Positions 37,159 through 50,578 are shown, counted from the whole stretch's first letter. The stretch is DNA of 63,330 nucleotides, filler included, from Cercozoa sp. M6MM (GCA_040357565.1; 10 parts of 10 records of this genome joined end to end with filler, not necessarily neighbours in it), one strand, 5' to 3'. A program made the numbers and translations. The notes: generated by a model not told the origin, from the letters alone.

Positions 37159-38420
37159 CTAGCGCAGGCTGTGACGGAAGTTAACCCGCCTGCGCGGGTG
37201 TGCCTTAGCGGCACGGCAACACAGCGGCAGCTTGAGTCGTGTGCTCGCTCGATTTAGTTTGCGAACGGCCCGGGAAGCGATATTAGTCAGTTTTGTACTC
37301 ATCATCCGATTCACCCGCGAGGATGGCGTCCAGTGTTTGCGTTGTGTCGCGCAGTGCCTGTTCCGTGACTGCGCAGAACCAAATGTCACACCACTAACAG
37401 AACCCGCACACAAAGCCCAATTACCAGGAGCGTTGACGACGTCAGGAGAGGCAGCATCCGGGAAACGCGAGCGGAACGCCTGCAGAATTATAAACGATAC
37501 GAGTGGGAACGCTTCTTTGCAAAGGCGAAAGTACCGAAATAGCACGGTCACGACGCTTAATAAATTCGGTATCGCCACTATGGAGATCGCCAACGCCGTC
37601 GAAGAAGCCACGTGCTGCACCGTACAACTGTATCTGCAATGTCTTAACAAGAACACGACTGTTCGTACCAGTAAGTTCCGCCAGGAAGACACGCCAGCGC
37701 TTTTTCTCGGGACCACTGTACGAGGAGCGAGATACGCATTGAATAAATATACTAAAACGAACGCACTGGTTGCTCTTGTCGTCGCGCATGTAGGCCAGCT
37801 GCTCGCGTCGCTGCACTCGCAGCCCGGGGTCGATACTCTGTTGACACATCAGTTCAACTGGTTGAAGAAGAGAGAAAAGGCATAAAAGGGCACCTGGAGC
37901 ATCTTGCACGCGTTCATCACGTCCTACGTTCGCAAGAAAAACGTTTGAAAACAAGAAGCGGACAACTAAAGGTGATACCTGATCCAAATCCTCCAAAGCG
38001 ACCTCTTTTCCGCCCACCAACATCGTGCGCTTCTTCGCCTTCTCCTGTTGTGGAGTTTCATGCATACTTGTTTGTGATTTGAGCGGTCTTTACCTGGCGC
38101 TTTTTGGTGGCCTTGTCGGTGCCCAGCAGCAACGCTAAACAGAAGCACTCAAAGCCATTAATACCATTAGTATCCAAGCACCTTTTAGTCATACCATCAG
38201 TCATCTTCTTCATCGGCGGCAAACGGTCGTAACGGTTCTCCGACAGTTGCTTGCGTTGCTTACTGCAATCAACAGCACCGCACAGATCAAGCTGTACTAC
38301 ATCACCAGTGGAAATTCGAGTTACGTGAAGTTGATGCCAAACATAATGGTGACAATGGCAAACGCCCAAATCCACGATGTTGCCTATCACCATGTACAGT
38401 AACACACACACACACACACA

Positions 38421-38451
<31 letters not shown>

Positions 38452-39579
38452 TGCAAGCAATATCACACCTGGTTGATGCCAAAGTGCAATAGGTAATCGA
38501 CGAAGTTGCGCTTGCTGAGAGCCACAAGGCCAAGGCCGAGTGCCCAAGCGGCGACACTAATGAGTGCGCCGATCTTGAGTCCTGTGGCATCACACGAATT
38601 GAACACATAACTCAACACACGAATCAGATTTCATGTCAACAAAGCCAAGTACCTCTGCGACCAATAGCCTCGCAGCAGTCCTCCGCAAACGTGTTTTGCA
38701 CGCAGCCACACGTCGCGAATGCCTGCAAAGCCATTAAAGCTACGATCAGACACAGCTTTGCTAAAAAGGAGTGAGTTAAAACTTACCTTCATAAGCATAC
38801 CGTACATTGCAACAAGCAGCGACATTCCTGTTTTATATTGCTTTGTCTGAGCAAACAATAATCGATCTGAAAAATCTACCCAACTTGTGCATAAAGTCGC
38901 CATCGGCCACGCTCGATTTGTCGCGCTCATTGTACAGTAGCGAACCTAACCAACACGAAGTTTCGCAGATTTCACACAAGATCACATGCTCTTATATTCA
39001 GAGCACCAGCAGCAGCCATTGAAGCCATAAGTGTGCAAACGAACACGACAACACGCTCCTGTTCCACAAAGCGAGTGCACACACGATCTGGAGCGAACAG
39101 AAACCGGAAATACCTTGCGTGAGAATGGATGAATCGGGTGCGACAGGCACATCGAGAACAACACTATCTCACGCATAATTGCAGACACAACGACAACTCT
39201 TTAAAGTTACCATGCTCATTGGCGAACGAAATCCACCAGTCACGGATCACGCTGTTTGTCCACTTTGAAAGCACATGTGGCAAATGTATGATCACGCGAG
39301 TAATCTAAACGAAACATACGACGACACGACCCTTGACAATATCGTTGATCAGCATGTTCTCCTCCGGGCATCTTTCAGACTAAAAAGCAAGCACATAGAC
39401 GTGAGAAAACAGGCAGACTGAAGTCAGTTCAACAACGTACGCGCGGACGATCGGGGTCAACTGCACAAGACACATTTCATTTCAGGCACGCTTTCAGAGG
39501 CAAGTCAAAGATTACTCGGGAAGCACTTGGGCAGACCGACGGCGCGGTTCATTGGGCGTAGCACGCCAAGACCAACCAT
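37159..39579 (-). CDS. Multi-pass membrane protein with polycystin-like TM motifs
   Basis: HPIHPFSRK|ERVVVFVCTLMASMAAAGAL and IGALISVAAWALGLGLVAL..DYLLHFGINQ; gene ends uncertain. Confidence 0.45.
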
Positions 39580-39847
39580 CGCTTTTTGACGAGTTGGCCG
39601 ACTCAGAGAGGGAGCAGGCTCAGAGGGCTGCACAGAAGCCTAAAACAATATACAGACACTGCTCTGGTATCTAGGTGATTTGGAGCACCCGCTGCACACG
39701 CACACGTTGCAGTAAACCCCTCGTCCTCTGCTGTGCATTTCAGCTCATCCTCTTTCAGCATTGAGCTGGAAGTCAACATTGGCTTGCTCACTAGTCTTAG
39801 TGTATCCGTCGGTGTGCGCCTTGCCGTTGCAGAGCACGTGTGGTGCC

Positions 39848-40782
39848 ATGTCAATCCGCTTGGTGGACCTGGTTAGTTTCAAAACTAAAAAATTGGAAAT
39901 TCCGTGCTTGGGGACGCATTTTGTCCGTGACACCGGGATGTGTCATGTTGCTGGGCGATCACAGCACCTTTGATGTTTGCATTCTCTACAAGTTTGCTTC
40001 ACGATGTTCATCCGTTGAAAGTGTTGGGATTGTGGATAGATCCGCAAGGTGCGCGCTTGCAAGTCCGCCGCCGAGGAACGCGCAGTCATCAAGAAGGAGG
40101 TGAATTTCGTTTGTGTAGAATGTCGAAAGCAGGATTGTGTTTTGCTTAGAGTGCCGATGTGCGTTCCGCGCTGAAGGAGCAGAGCATGGTAGCTTCCGCG
40201 CGTTTTGAGCTTACTTTGACAAACACTGTTGTGTGACCCGCTTGTGTAGGCCGTGTTCCGGCAACGCAACATTGCGAAACTAATGTTTATCGATATGCTC
40301 GGCTACCCGACGCATTTTGCGCAAATGGAGGTAGCTGGGTGTCTTGTCTGTGCGTGTGTGCAGGTGCAGACAGTAGCTGTGACGTGTGTGTGCGTTTCTC
40401 TAGGTGATCAACCTGATCGCGTCGCCGGATTTCGGCCAAAAGCGCGTGGGTTACCTGGCACTGTCGGTGCTGCTCAACGAATCGACTGAAGTGCTGCTGT
40501 TGGTCACGCAGGTGCGTTTAGCCTCCTACCCTCCCCTTGCTTTCTGAACCCTTTTGGCCTTACAGGCAATGCAAAGCGACCTGCACTCCAATGTCCCGTA
40601 CATTGCCGGACTCGCACTGTCTGCACTCGGCTGCATTGCTTCTGTAACTTTACCCCCCCCCCCCATCTTCATTCACCTTACTTCCTTTTAACCCCCGAAT
40701 TACCCAGGCGGACATGGCGCGTGATCTATCGGCCGATGTGATCGAAATTTTGCGTTCGGGTCACCCGTACCTGTGCAAGAAG
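39848..40782 (+). CDS. AP1G1: AP-1 adaptor gamma subunit, 5' part
   Basis: MSIRLVDL|IRKVRACKSAAEERAVI, RNIAKLMFIDMLGYPTHFAQME, KRVGYL, DMARDL, PYLCKK. Confidence 0.95.
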
Positions 40783-40822
40783 GTCGGACATGTTTCATCC
40801 CCACCCTCTACACCCCCTACCC

Positions 40823-41190
40823 CGACAATGATGAGACCAAAGGCGAAGCCGAAAAACAGGAACAGTTGTTGCCATGGCCCGTGTGTGGCGTGTGTGTGTG
40901 TCTACCCTGCCCCTCGGTTTATGCCCCTTTAACCAAATCCATTGGTACACCCTGGGTCAGGTGTAGAACCTACGGTGTACCTTGGACTTTGGTTAAGGGG
41001 GTGTCGAGGGGCTACAGGGACGGATGTCGCTGTAAAGGCGCACGTGTGTTCGTTGAGTGTCGTACCGCACTGTGATTGGGCACATCCGTACATGTGACAC
41101 GCAGCACACGCACACACATGGGCTGTGGCTACAAAATGTCCTGTGTGTACTATTTGTACCGTCCATGTGGACAACTGTGGTTCTGAGTCG
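40823..41190 (+). ncRNA. Putative intronic box C/D scaRNA-like RNA
   Basis: Terminal stem CGAC/GTCG, box C ATGATGA (40828-40834), box D CTGA (41183-41186), long internal inverted repeats, and an anti-U5-loop sequence before a D'-like CCGA. Confidence 0.65.
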
Positions 41191-41855
41191 ATTGGGCAAC
41201 TCCTACCCGACCCATTTACTTCCCTTTTACCCTTTNNNNNNNNNNNNNNNNNNNNNNNNNNNNNNNNNNNNNNNNNNNNTTAATTAATTAANNNNNNNNN
41301 NNNNNNNNNNNNNNNNNNNNNNNNNNNNNNNNNNNCACACACACGTTCTTTCAGTTTGCACATGTTGAATGACTTGGCAGAGACAAGGCGTCGACCACGC
41401 GTTCACGGAACTCGCCGCGCAGATTCTGCAGACGCCCGAACTGCTGTACTCCCGTCTTTTCTGTGTCCCTGTTCTACCGGCATGACTGCATCTATATGTT
41501 TGTGTGTGTGTGTGTGCGTCTCGTCAACAGGGAGCCCGGCAAGCCTCGCGAAACCGTGGCAGTCACGCAAGGTGATGCACAGACGGAAGCACCGTGCGCG
41601 TGCTAAACGTACACTGAACTGACCGGAAAGGGGTGTGCTCCCGGCTCGGCTACGCTAACTCTCCTTCCGTTCAGTTACTTACGGTATTCCCACCGGTATC
41701 GTACGCGACAATCAGGAGACGATACGATAAGACTCGAGCTCAACTAACCAAGTAAATACGACGCGATGTACCGTACCATCGTGCATATCGATAGCGGCGT
41801 CGGTCGTTCATAGCAATCGTCGTTGATTTGACAATCTAAAATTCTGGCCCGCCCG

Positions 41856-43092
41856 TCAATCATCATGATACTGTACCCACTCCTTCACCATAGTCTCGTA
41901 TGGCATAAATGGTAGTGTAGGGGGACGCACTGACATGCCTGTGCATATGATAGGGGCGGGATGATCACACACAGACAAACACACAGGTAGACGCAAGGTA
42001 CCAGTATGCGCAAGACTATCGCTAGGCAAGTCACTCCGAGCGTACAGACGCAAAATGGGCTCACTCGAGTCCACCTTGTGCAAGAACTCCAATGCCTCAG
42101 GCGAAGCGAGTTCCTCCAGTTTCTCCACTGCTTGAGAGAGTGCAGCTGGTCCATTGGGACCGGGGATCCGGTACAAGGTTTTTCCCAGAGCACTCCACGC
42201 CTCAGTCATGTTGTCACTCAACAACGAGTCTAATAGGCAAAGAGAAGATGCTTTAAAGAGAGACGCTAAAACGCTCTAGAATGGTACCTCCTTCCTCAAA
42301 GGGCGACGAACTGGAAGCGCACTGATCAAGGAAAGACGGTCTGCTCGTGTGCAGACGAGCCTAAACACAGCACAAATTGGCTTCAATACGCTTGAAACAT
42401 ACAAGCCTCAACACAGCGTACGAAAAGATGCTGTGCGATGAAGTGAGACGGCACGCGAGAGGCAATGTAGAACTCAGGAACATTGTTTCTGCAAGAACAG
42501 GCAGTGAGTGTTGCAAAAAAGAAATAAAACAACGCTAACGACAGCAACAGAATGAAGGTTACTCATTGTAATAGAGCGCGTCTTTCAGAGCACTCAGCAG
42601 GCTTGCATACAGGAACTCATCTATTCACAACGCAGACAAGACACTAAAACACTTAGGCGAGGTTTTTTAATCGATACCTGTCGTGGGACAACCGACCTCA
42701 GCAAACCACTTAGCCACGGTGGGAGCAATGTCCTTGAACAACACATTCGTGTCCTGCAACAAATGCAGCGCTTACAGACAGCAACAACTTGCCACTCATT
42801 GATAGCAAAACAGGACACCAGAAGCAACAGAGTAATCTCGGCGTCAATAATACGACGCAACAAATAAATCACACCAGCAGTTCCAGCAGCTGCAAACAAC
42901 ACAAAGAAACGAATGCACAGAGCGTATCAGACAGGACATAGATAGCACAGTACCTTTCTTGCGTGTCTGCGTATCTGTTTTAATCATTTCGATGCCCTTG
43001 TTCCTTTCAACAAGCACAGGTTCCCATGACGTATCCTCGTCCTGGTAGATTAACATTTCCAGAGCTAGATATATATATATATATATATAGAG

Positions 43093-43129
<37 letters not shown>

Positions 43130-43352
43130 CGATAGAGGAGAGGGACGCGATACCATGGAAACAACGTGATGTAAAGTGCTCGGGTGGTGCAACAAAATCT
43201 CGAACAGATCTGCGAACATCTCTTCGTACTCACACGAAGAACTTGGGTGTTGTGACGACACCGCCTCTAAATATACCACGAAAAAGACAATAACACGCAC
43301 ACACACACACTCACACACACTCTCTCATTTTCGCAGAGATAGAGAGATAGAG

Positions 43353-43423
<71 letters not shown>

Positions 43424-44182
43424 AGGCATACCATGACATCGCAGTAGTTCGGACACAGCATGCCCCTGTCGACAAGTATCACGTGCAGTGTGAGTATGTG
43501 TGTGTGCATGTGAAGTGTAAACAAACACAGCAATGTACAAGTTCATGCGCCACGTTGACTCCCTGTGGGAACGAGGCGTTTAACTCCGAGACACTGACGG
43601 AAACCACAGGAGCGACCAAGACATCTATTTTAGCACAGTAGGATATGTACACGTGGTATCGCACAGATGTAGAACCAACCAGGATGCAGACGTTTGTCGA
43701 TCCGATAGGAGGTGACGATCTTGGGTAAGACACGGAGACACTGTTGTTGAACCGTTTGACATCTACTGATGCACGCCTTGTCACAGGTGCGACTGCAAGG
43801 CGTGATATTCCGTTCAGCGGCAGTGTTGAACAGACCATGTCGCACGATTTGACACGAGCCAACGGCTTCATTGTCAACAGTGAGTTGTCCCATCACCAGG
43901 TTGTCCTTTTTGCATTATACATAGGTGACGCATAACAGGCACATGCATAGGTATCAGCGGCACCTTGGGTAGACCATCAGCCTGCAAAGGTACTTCGCAA
44001 GGACTCTTCAACAAAAGGTACACGTCTTTATCTCGCTTCTACAAGACCAAACACGTATTCACGCACAAACAGTCATACATAGACACATGATAATCATGCC
44101 GAGAGGCGAGACGAATGTTGTAGTGTGAGACTTTTGTTCGACAAGAGGTGGATCACACGCGCTGCCATTCCGATTACTGCCT
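41856..44182 (-). CDS. C2 + RasGAP-like protein (5'-truncated), degenerate catalytic motif
   Basis: EYEEMFADLFEILLH, VIYLLRRIIDAEITLLL|DTNVLFKD..VAKWFAEVG..EFLYASL parallels the RasGAP 'LI..EV....NTLFR.NS..SK....VG..YL' pattern. Confidence 0.55.
43336..43422. repeat. (AGAT)n/(AG)n microsatellite, intronic
   Basis: Visible directly in the sequence. Confidence 0.95.
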
Positions 44183-44311
44183 TGCTACACAAAACAAAAA
44201 TACCCCCCCCCNNNNNNNNNNNNNNNNNNNNNNNNNNNNNNNNNNNNNNNNNNNNTTAATTAATTAANNNNNNNNNNNNNNNNNNNNNNNNNNNNNNNNN
44301 NNNNNNNNNNN

Positions 44312-44347
<36 letters not shown>

Positions 44348-44417
44348 TGTGTATGTCTGTGTCTGTGTTCTCGCATATGCACCCGCACGTGCACCCGTGT
44401 TTTTTGCACCTGTACAG

Positions 44418-47400
44418 GACTGGCGTCTGTTGGAACCAGAGGCGCGCCTGCAGCACGCGCTTGTCAAGGTAACGCTCCCCTCGACGTACTTTTTACGTAT
44501 GTACGTTGGTGTGTGTACGGCAGGGAATTGATAAGTTCGTGACGCGTGATCTGGAGGAGGTATCCCCTACTCTACAATCTCGGGGTTGTATGCCTGTGCG
44601 CCTGCTCACTGTTGGGACGAACAGGTGCGTCCCAAGTACGAGCGAATCCTTGACATCATTGAAGGCCCACTCATGGACGGTACTACAACCAACACTCTTG
44701 CTCTGCGTTTACCAAAGTATATTATTGTGCTTAGGCATGGGCGTTGTGGGCCAACTCTTTGGCAGCGGCAAGATGTTCCTGCCGCAGGTAACATACTAAA
44801 TAACCTGTACCCATGTGCTGTTTGACCATCTCGCACCTCTTCAGGTGATTAAGTCGGCACGCGTGATGAAGAAGGCCGTGGCCCACCTGATGCCCTTTTT
44901 GCTGGTATAGTAGTGGCACTCACCCCAGACTCACCTCTTTCGCACGGAAAACTGTGTGTTTGTGCAGGCGCAGAAGGAGTCCGCTGACGACGAGCGGCAT
45001 TTCAACGGCACAGTGGTAGGCCGCCCGTATTGCCCCCTCCTGGCGTGGTATTTGTGTACATGGACAGGTGATGGCTACGGTCAAGGGAGACGTTCACGAC
45101 ATCGGCAAGAACATTGTCGTATGCTTTGCTCCCACCTCGCTCTATCTTCTGACATATTCATGACGATTACTGTGTCAAGGGCGTTGTTCTCGGTTGCAAC
45201 AACTTCAAGGTCATTGACTTGGTACCTCTTGTTTTGTTGCTTGTTTTTTTAGTTTCTTGTAGCCTCTCCCCTTGTACTCCAGGGTGTCATGGTGTCGTGC
45301 GAGGACATTCTCAAGGCGGTGGATGAACACAACGCCGACATTCTCGGTCTCAGGTACCGACTGCCGTATCCTTGCCAAAACAAAGCTGACTCGCTCGCTT
45401 CAGTGGTCTTATTACGCCGTCACTGGACGAAATGGTCATTGTTGCCAAGGTACCTTGTCCTCTGTCGTCATGTATCCTGGTCATTTGTACATACGCAGGA
45501 AATGGAGCGTCGCAAGATGAAAATTCCGCTGCTGCTGGTGTGTCATTCAGCGTTGCCGAGGACATACTAACTTATGCGTGCTCGTTTTTGCTTCAGGGCG
45601 GTGCTACGACCTCAAAAATGCATTGCGCCGTCAAAATCGCACCGCGCTACTCGGTACACGTTCCTTCTCTGAGGCACTTGATGACACATTTTATTATCGT
45701 TTGTCCACAACTTGCCTAGAGCTTTGCCATGCGTGTTCATGACGCGTCTCGTGCTGTTGTTGTCTGTGCCTCGCTGATGGATGAGGTGCTTTTTGTATCT
45801 GCGAATGCACATGGCTGCGTAATGCTGCCTTATGTGTAGGAGGATCGCGTCGACTTTATCGAGGACGTGCAGGAGGTACTCGCTCAATGACTTCTCGCTC
45901 AAAAGCTGTGCACGTATGCGCTGTGCTTCTGCAGGAATACGAAGATTTGCGCCAGGAGCACTACAGCAGCCAACAGGTCCGTTCTCCCCGCGTGGTGGGT
46001 GCAGGCAAGGATGCATATATATATATATATATATATATGCAGGAGCGCTCTTTTGTGTCGCTGGAGAAGGCACGTGCTCAGGCGCTGCGCCTTACCTTCG
46101 GTGCATTCCGGTGTACACATGGACGCTTCCATCCGGCGATCTATTTCCCTAAGATTAGACCGAACCAAGTGCGCGCCTGCACCGCCGGTCGAGTATCAGT
46201 ACGCTGAATTGTCCCTCTCTGGTGTTGGTGTGTGCCACGTGAATGCGATGTTGCCTGTTGTGACAGGGGCGTCACGGTGTTCGGTCCGGACAGCGACGTG
46301 TGTGGTACGCCTTCTCTTCGTGTACATGTACATGCTGTGACCTGTACGCTTGTGCAGACCTGGAGGAGATTGCCAAGTATATTGATTGGAACCCGTTCTT
46401 CCAGGTAGCTCGTTTCTTTTGTATATCTCAATCCTGCTCATACTTCTTACTTCACGTTCCAGGTGTTCCAACTGCGCGGCACCTACCCCAATCGTGGCTT
46501 CCCGAAACTCTTCAACGACAAGCGGTACACTTCGAAGATTCCGCTCTCATTTGCTCCGTTGAGGCAGCAGTCTGTCTTTACAGTGTCGGCGACGCTGCGC
46601 GCAAGCTGTACGATGATGCGCGTGCCATGTTGCAGGTTACTTCACAGACTCTCACTGTAAAAGTGGGTGCTGCATTGTTGTTTGTGTGCAGAGAATAATC
46701 ACTCGACGCGAGCTGCAGGCCTCGGCTGTTATTGGCCTGGTACATTCCCGTATATTTATGCAGTGACGACACACACACACACACACATACACACACACAC
46801 ATACACACACGCGCGCACGCACGCACAGTACAAGGCGCAAGGTGAGGGTGACGACATTCGCATCGTCGATCATGACGCAACTCTGTATTTCTGCGTGTGT
46901 GCATGTGCCGATGTATGTTGGTATCTTGCCTCGCGCTTTGTAGATTCGGTCTGCGACAGCAGGCTGAGATGGAGAGCGATCATTTTGCCGCACTTGGTAG
47001 CCATATCTCTGTGCTTTTCGCTTCTCTGTGTGGACGTACATTCATATGTCCGTGTATTTGTACTTTGTAGGCGACTTGGTGGCACCCGCTGGTTCGGGTG
47101 TTGAGGATTGGGTACTGAGTGTTTGTTTCGACCCAGTCATCTGTTGAGATGCCATGTAGGTCGGCATGTTTGCGTGCACGGCTGGTCTCGGCTGCCAGGA
47201 GCTAGTCAAGCAGTTTGAGGTAGCGTTCCCGCACTCGCTGCTACTTTGTTTTTATGCTATGCACTGTCCCCTGTAACAGGGCGCGCACGATGACTACAAC
47301 GCGCTGCTGGTAATGACACATGGCGCGACTCTTGCTTGTGGAATTGTGGCACGGCACAGTGCGATTGGTGCTCCGTAGGTCAAGGCATTGGCTGACCGTC

Positions 47401-48206
47401 TGGCAGAGGCGCTCGCCGAGCGACTGCATGTACGCGAAACTCTTCCCTGTGTTCTTTGAGTCGGTGTCCTTATGTGTATAAGGTATGCAGCGACTGGTGC
47501 GCACCAAATACTGGGCCTACTCGCCTGATGAGGTAGACACCACCCTTTTCCGTGTTTGTTTTTTAAACACTTATGTGTTCGTAGGCCTTGGACACCAAGG
47601 ACCTGTTGAAGATCAAGTACCGTGGCATTCGCCCGGCGCCTGGCTACCCGTTGCAGGTGCTTTTCGAGGGCTTTTTGATAGACGAAAAATACAACACGGT
47701 CTCTGTGCGCATATAGCCGGATCACACCGAGAAGCACACGATGTGGCGTCTGCTGCAGGCCGACACGCGGTACATGATATGCAGAGACACGTGCGTTTCG
47801 ACGTACATTGCACGTTGTTCTCTGTTTTGTAGATGTGGTATCGCGCTGACGGAACACCTGGCCATGACGCCTGCGGCCTCTGTTTGCGGCCTTTATTTGG
47901 TATGTACCCCTTACACGTGACTGTGCTTGCTTGTACCGGTGACGCTTTGCAGGCGCACCAAGATGCGCACTACTTTGCTGTCGGCGACATCACGAAGGAC
48001 CAGGCTGGTACGCTCGTTTATGTACCTGTGAGTTGTACCTCATGAGGACATCTGTCATGGGCAGTGGATTACGCCGCACGGAAGGGCGCATCTGTGGGTA
48101 CATCTCTCACAATATATACCACGTTGTTTTTGTGGTGAAGTTTGCCTGCTGCACAGCTGAAACGGAGCAGTGGCTGATGTCGCACCTCGCCTACGATACG
48201 GATTAA
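44418..48206 (+). CDS. METH: Cobalamin-dependent methionine synthase, C-terminal half
   Basis: [86 protein letters not shown]; ends [11 protein letters not shown]. Confidence 0.98.
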
Positions 48207-48814
48207 TTTTCTGAGTTCATGAATGGGAGCGAAGGTGATCGCGATCGCTACAGTCACGGTGATTTGCGTCGCGTCCGTCACATCAGTTAGTTTGTCAGTT
48301 GAGTCTCCTAGAAAACCAACTATGTAGTTCCTGCACCAGTCCGGGGTCCTGAGCTGCATCCGGCATTGTATTCATTGCACTTTCGCGGCATTTGGGCATA
48401 GTTGGAGCTAGTCTGTTGCAGAGGAATCTTGAAAGTGTGCGGATGTCCGTCTGCAATGCTGAGTTTTTTGCGCTCTTTGGCTATTCTTGCTATGTTTCCA
48501 CGGGTTTCTGATGTGTCTTCTGCAGAGTTCTGGCTCTGGCCTTCAGAGAGCGCGTTGTGGCTTATCGTAAAAAAGTGAACACCTTCCCAGCGCTAGCGTG
48601 GTAGTATACCAGAGACCCCAAGGGCAAAGTTAGGAAAGCCCACAACGCCTAACGGGTTCCCGCGTAACGGTCGTTTTCAAAAGTGCCGGGCTACGCACTG
48701 CAACAGCAGGATGCCGGAATTTTAGATCGTTTCACTCGTTCCGTCGAGCGGCGCGACGTTTCGTTAGGGACCGTAATTATGACCGCATGTCATGGTTATG
48801 TCGTGCGCTGCCGC

Positions 48815-50206
48815 TTAGCATCGGGAGACACTTTGGGGCCGCCCAAGAGACGCTTGCGCATGTCTCTGTGAATGCGAAAGGAATATACATATTACATACG
48901 CCTGAAATGTCAAGACAACACACGTGAGAAATGAAGGGTCGACGCTGTCCTCTTCGTCCTCGTCTTCGTCTTCTTGTTGCTGTGCTTGTTGTTGCTGCTG
49001 CTTTAACTTCACGCACAAAACACAGCCGTCAACACCAAGGAGCATCCAATAAGAAAGATATGAATGCGAAAGAGTACGGCTTCCATCTGCTGTTGCTGTT
49101 CATGCAGCATCGCCTCGTCCATGGTCTGCAAAAATACGTAAATGTAAAAAACACGGGTCAACAGACAGAGGCGCGAAGGAACGTGTAGCTGGTCGTGATA
49201 GGCGATCTCAGCACGAGAAACGCCGCCTAGGCAAGAAGCCATTAAAAAAAAAAGAAACTTGGCTACTCAAACACAGCCTCACCACTGCGATTCACTCGTG
49301 AGAGGTAATGTGACAAGCCTGATGATAGCAACACGGGAGCAATCCAATAAGAACCGTAATCGAGTGTGTTTGATGCAATAAACACACCCGCGGACGGTTT
49401 CTGGGGTACTTGGACGTTTTGTTTGCTCTTGTCGGCGCTGGTTTTAAACGAAGCAAAGCGCGACTGCGCCACGTGCGTAAACGCCTCTACAAAAAACGAA
49501 AGCACGAGTGCAATCGTACGGCAGACATGAATAAAAGCAAGTACTCTCAACGGAAGTGTCGGCTTCAACGATTCCCTCGGTTTCCTCGTCCAACTGAGCG
49601 ATACGCTGCACACAAGCACAACTTGGTCAGTTTTGTGTTGCTAGCCCCTGACAAACGTATCGAAAAGTACTTCCTTGGCCTGAGCCAATCGTTTCTCGTG
49701 TCTGTATGCATGTCGTTTCGTTTTAACAGACCACACTAGAATGGACGAAAATTGCAGGTGCCTTTTCTTTCGCAACGACGTTTGATCGAACATCTCGTTG
49801 TCTTCCTCGTCACTGTCGTTCGCCATCACTACACATCCCCACAAACACACTCAAACACCCCATAAACAGCACTGGATGGTACGTTGCAATTTGCGCCGCA
49901 GCGCGCGCCACGAGCCGACCTCCATGCCAATAAAGGTGGCCTCTCCTGCGCTCATCCACAAGACATCTGACACAATAAACTCACAAACTCTAAAGAAACC
50001 AGCGTACGTGAATCGCGCAGCTCTTGTCGAGCATGATCCCGCTCCTCAAGCACTTTAAAGTCATTTGATCTTGCCTAAGCACGAGTGTGTATGAGGGTGT
50101 GTATGTGTGTTGTGTGAGCGCGTACCGCTTTGTGTTCCAAGTGACGCAGCTGTTTCTTCAGTGCGAGTTCATTATCAGTGAAATCAAACTCGCGCGGAAG
50201 TTCCAC
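48815..50206 (-). CDS. Hypothetical multi-exon protein fragment
   Basis: Spliceable exons (LVELPREFDFTDNELALKKQL; ANDSDEEDNEMFDQ; QQQQEDEDEDEED); no family recognised. Confidence 0.4.
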
Positions 50207-50220
50207 GAGACTGCACGTGA

Positions 50221-50330
<110 letters not shown>

Positions 50331-50522
50331 CGCGCACATCAAAGACACACACGCGCCACAAATATACAGACACACACGCGCACGGACACAAGGAAATTGT
50401 ACTTCGGAAAGCGAGCGAAAAANNNNNNNNNNNNNNNNNNNNNNNNNNNNNNNNNNNNNNNNNNNNTTAATTAATTAANNNNNNNNNNNNNNNNNNNNNN
50501 NNNNNNNNNNNNNNNNNNNNNN

Positions 50523-50578
<56 letters not shown>

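Noticed and set aside
40828-40860. Hammerhead ribozyme (TGATGA...GAAA)
   Set aside because: The core needs CUGANGA and a proper stem II/III; here the first base is A and the stems do not form. Box C/D fits better. The same applies to CTGATGA near 11990 (-).
41617-41730. Two hairpins (AACTGA-CGGAA/TTCCG-TCAGTT and GTATCGT/ACGATAC) as a snoRNA or SECIS
   Set aside because: No correctly placed H/ACA boxes and no AUGA/GA quartet; probably generic 3'-UTR structure.
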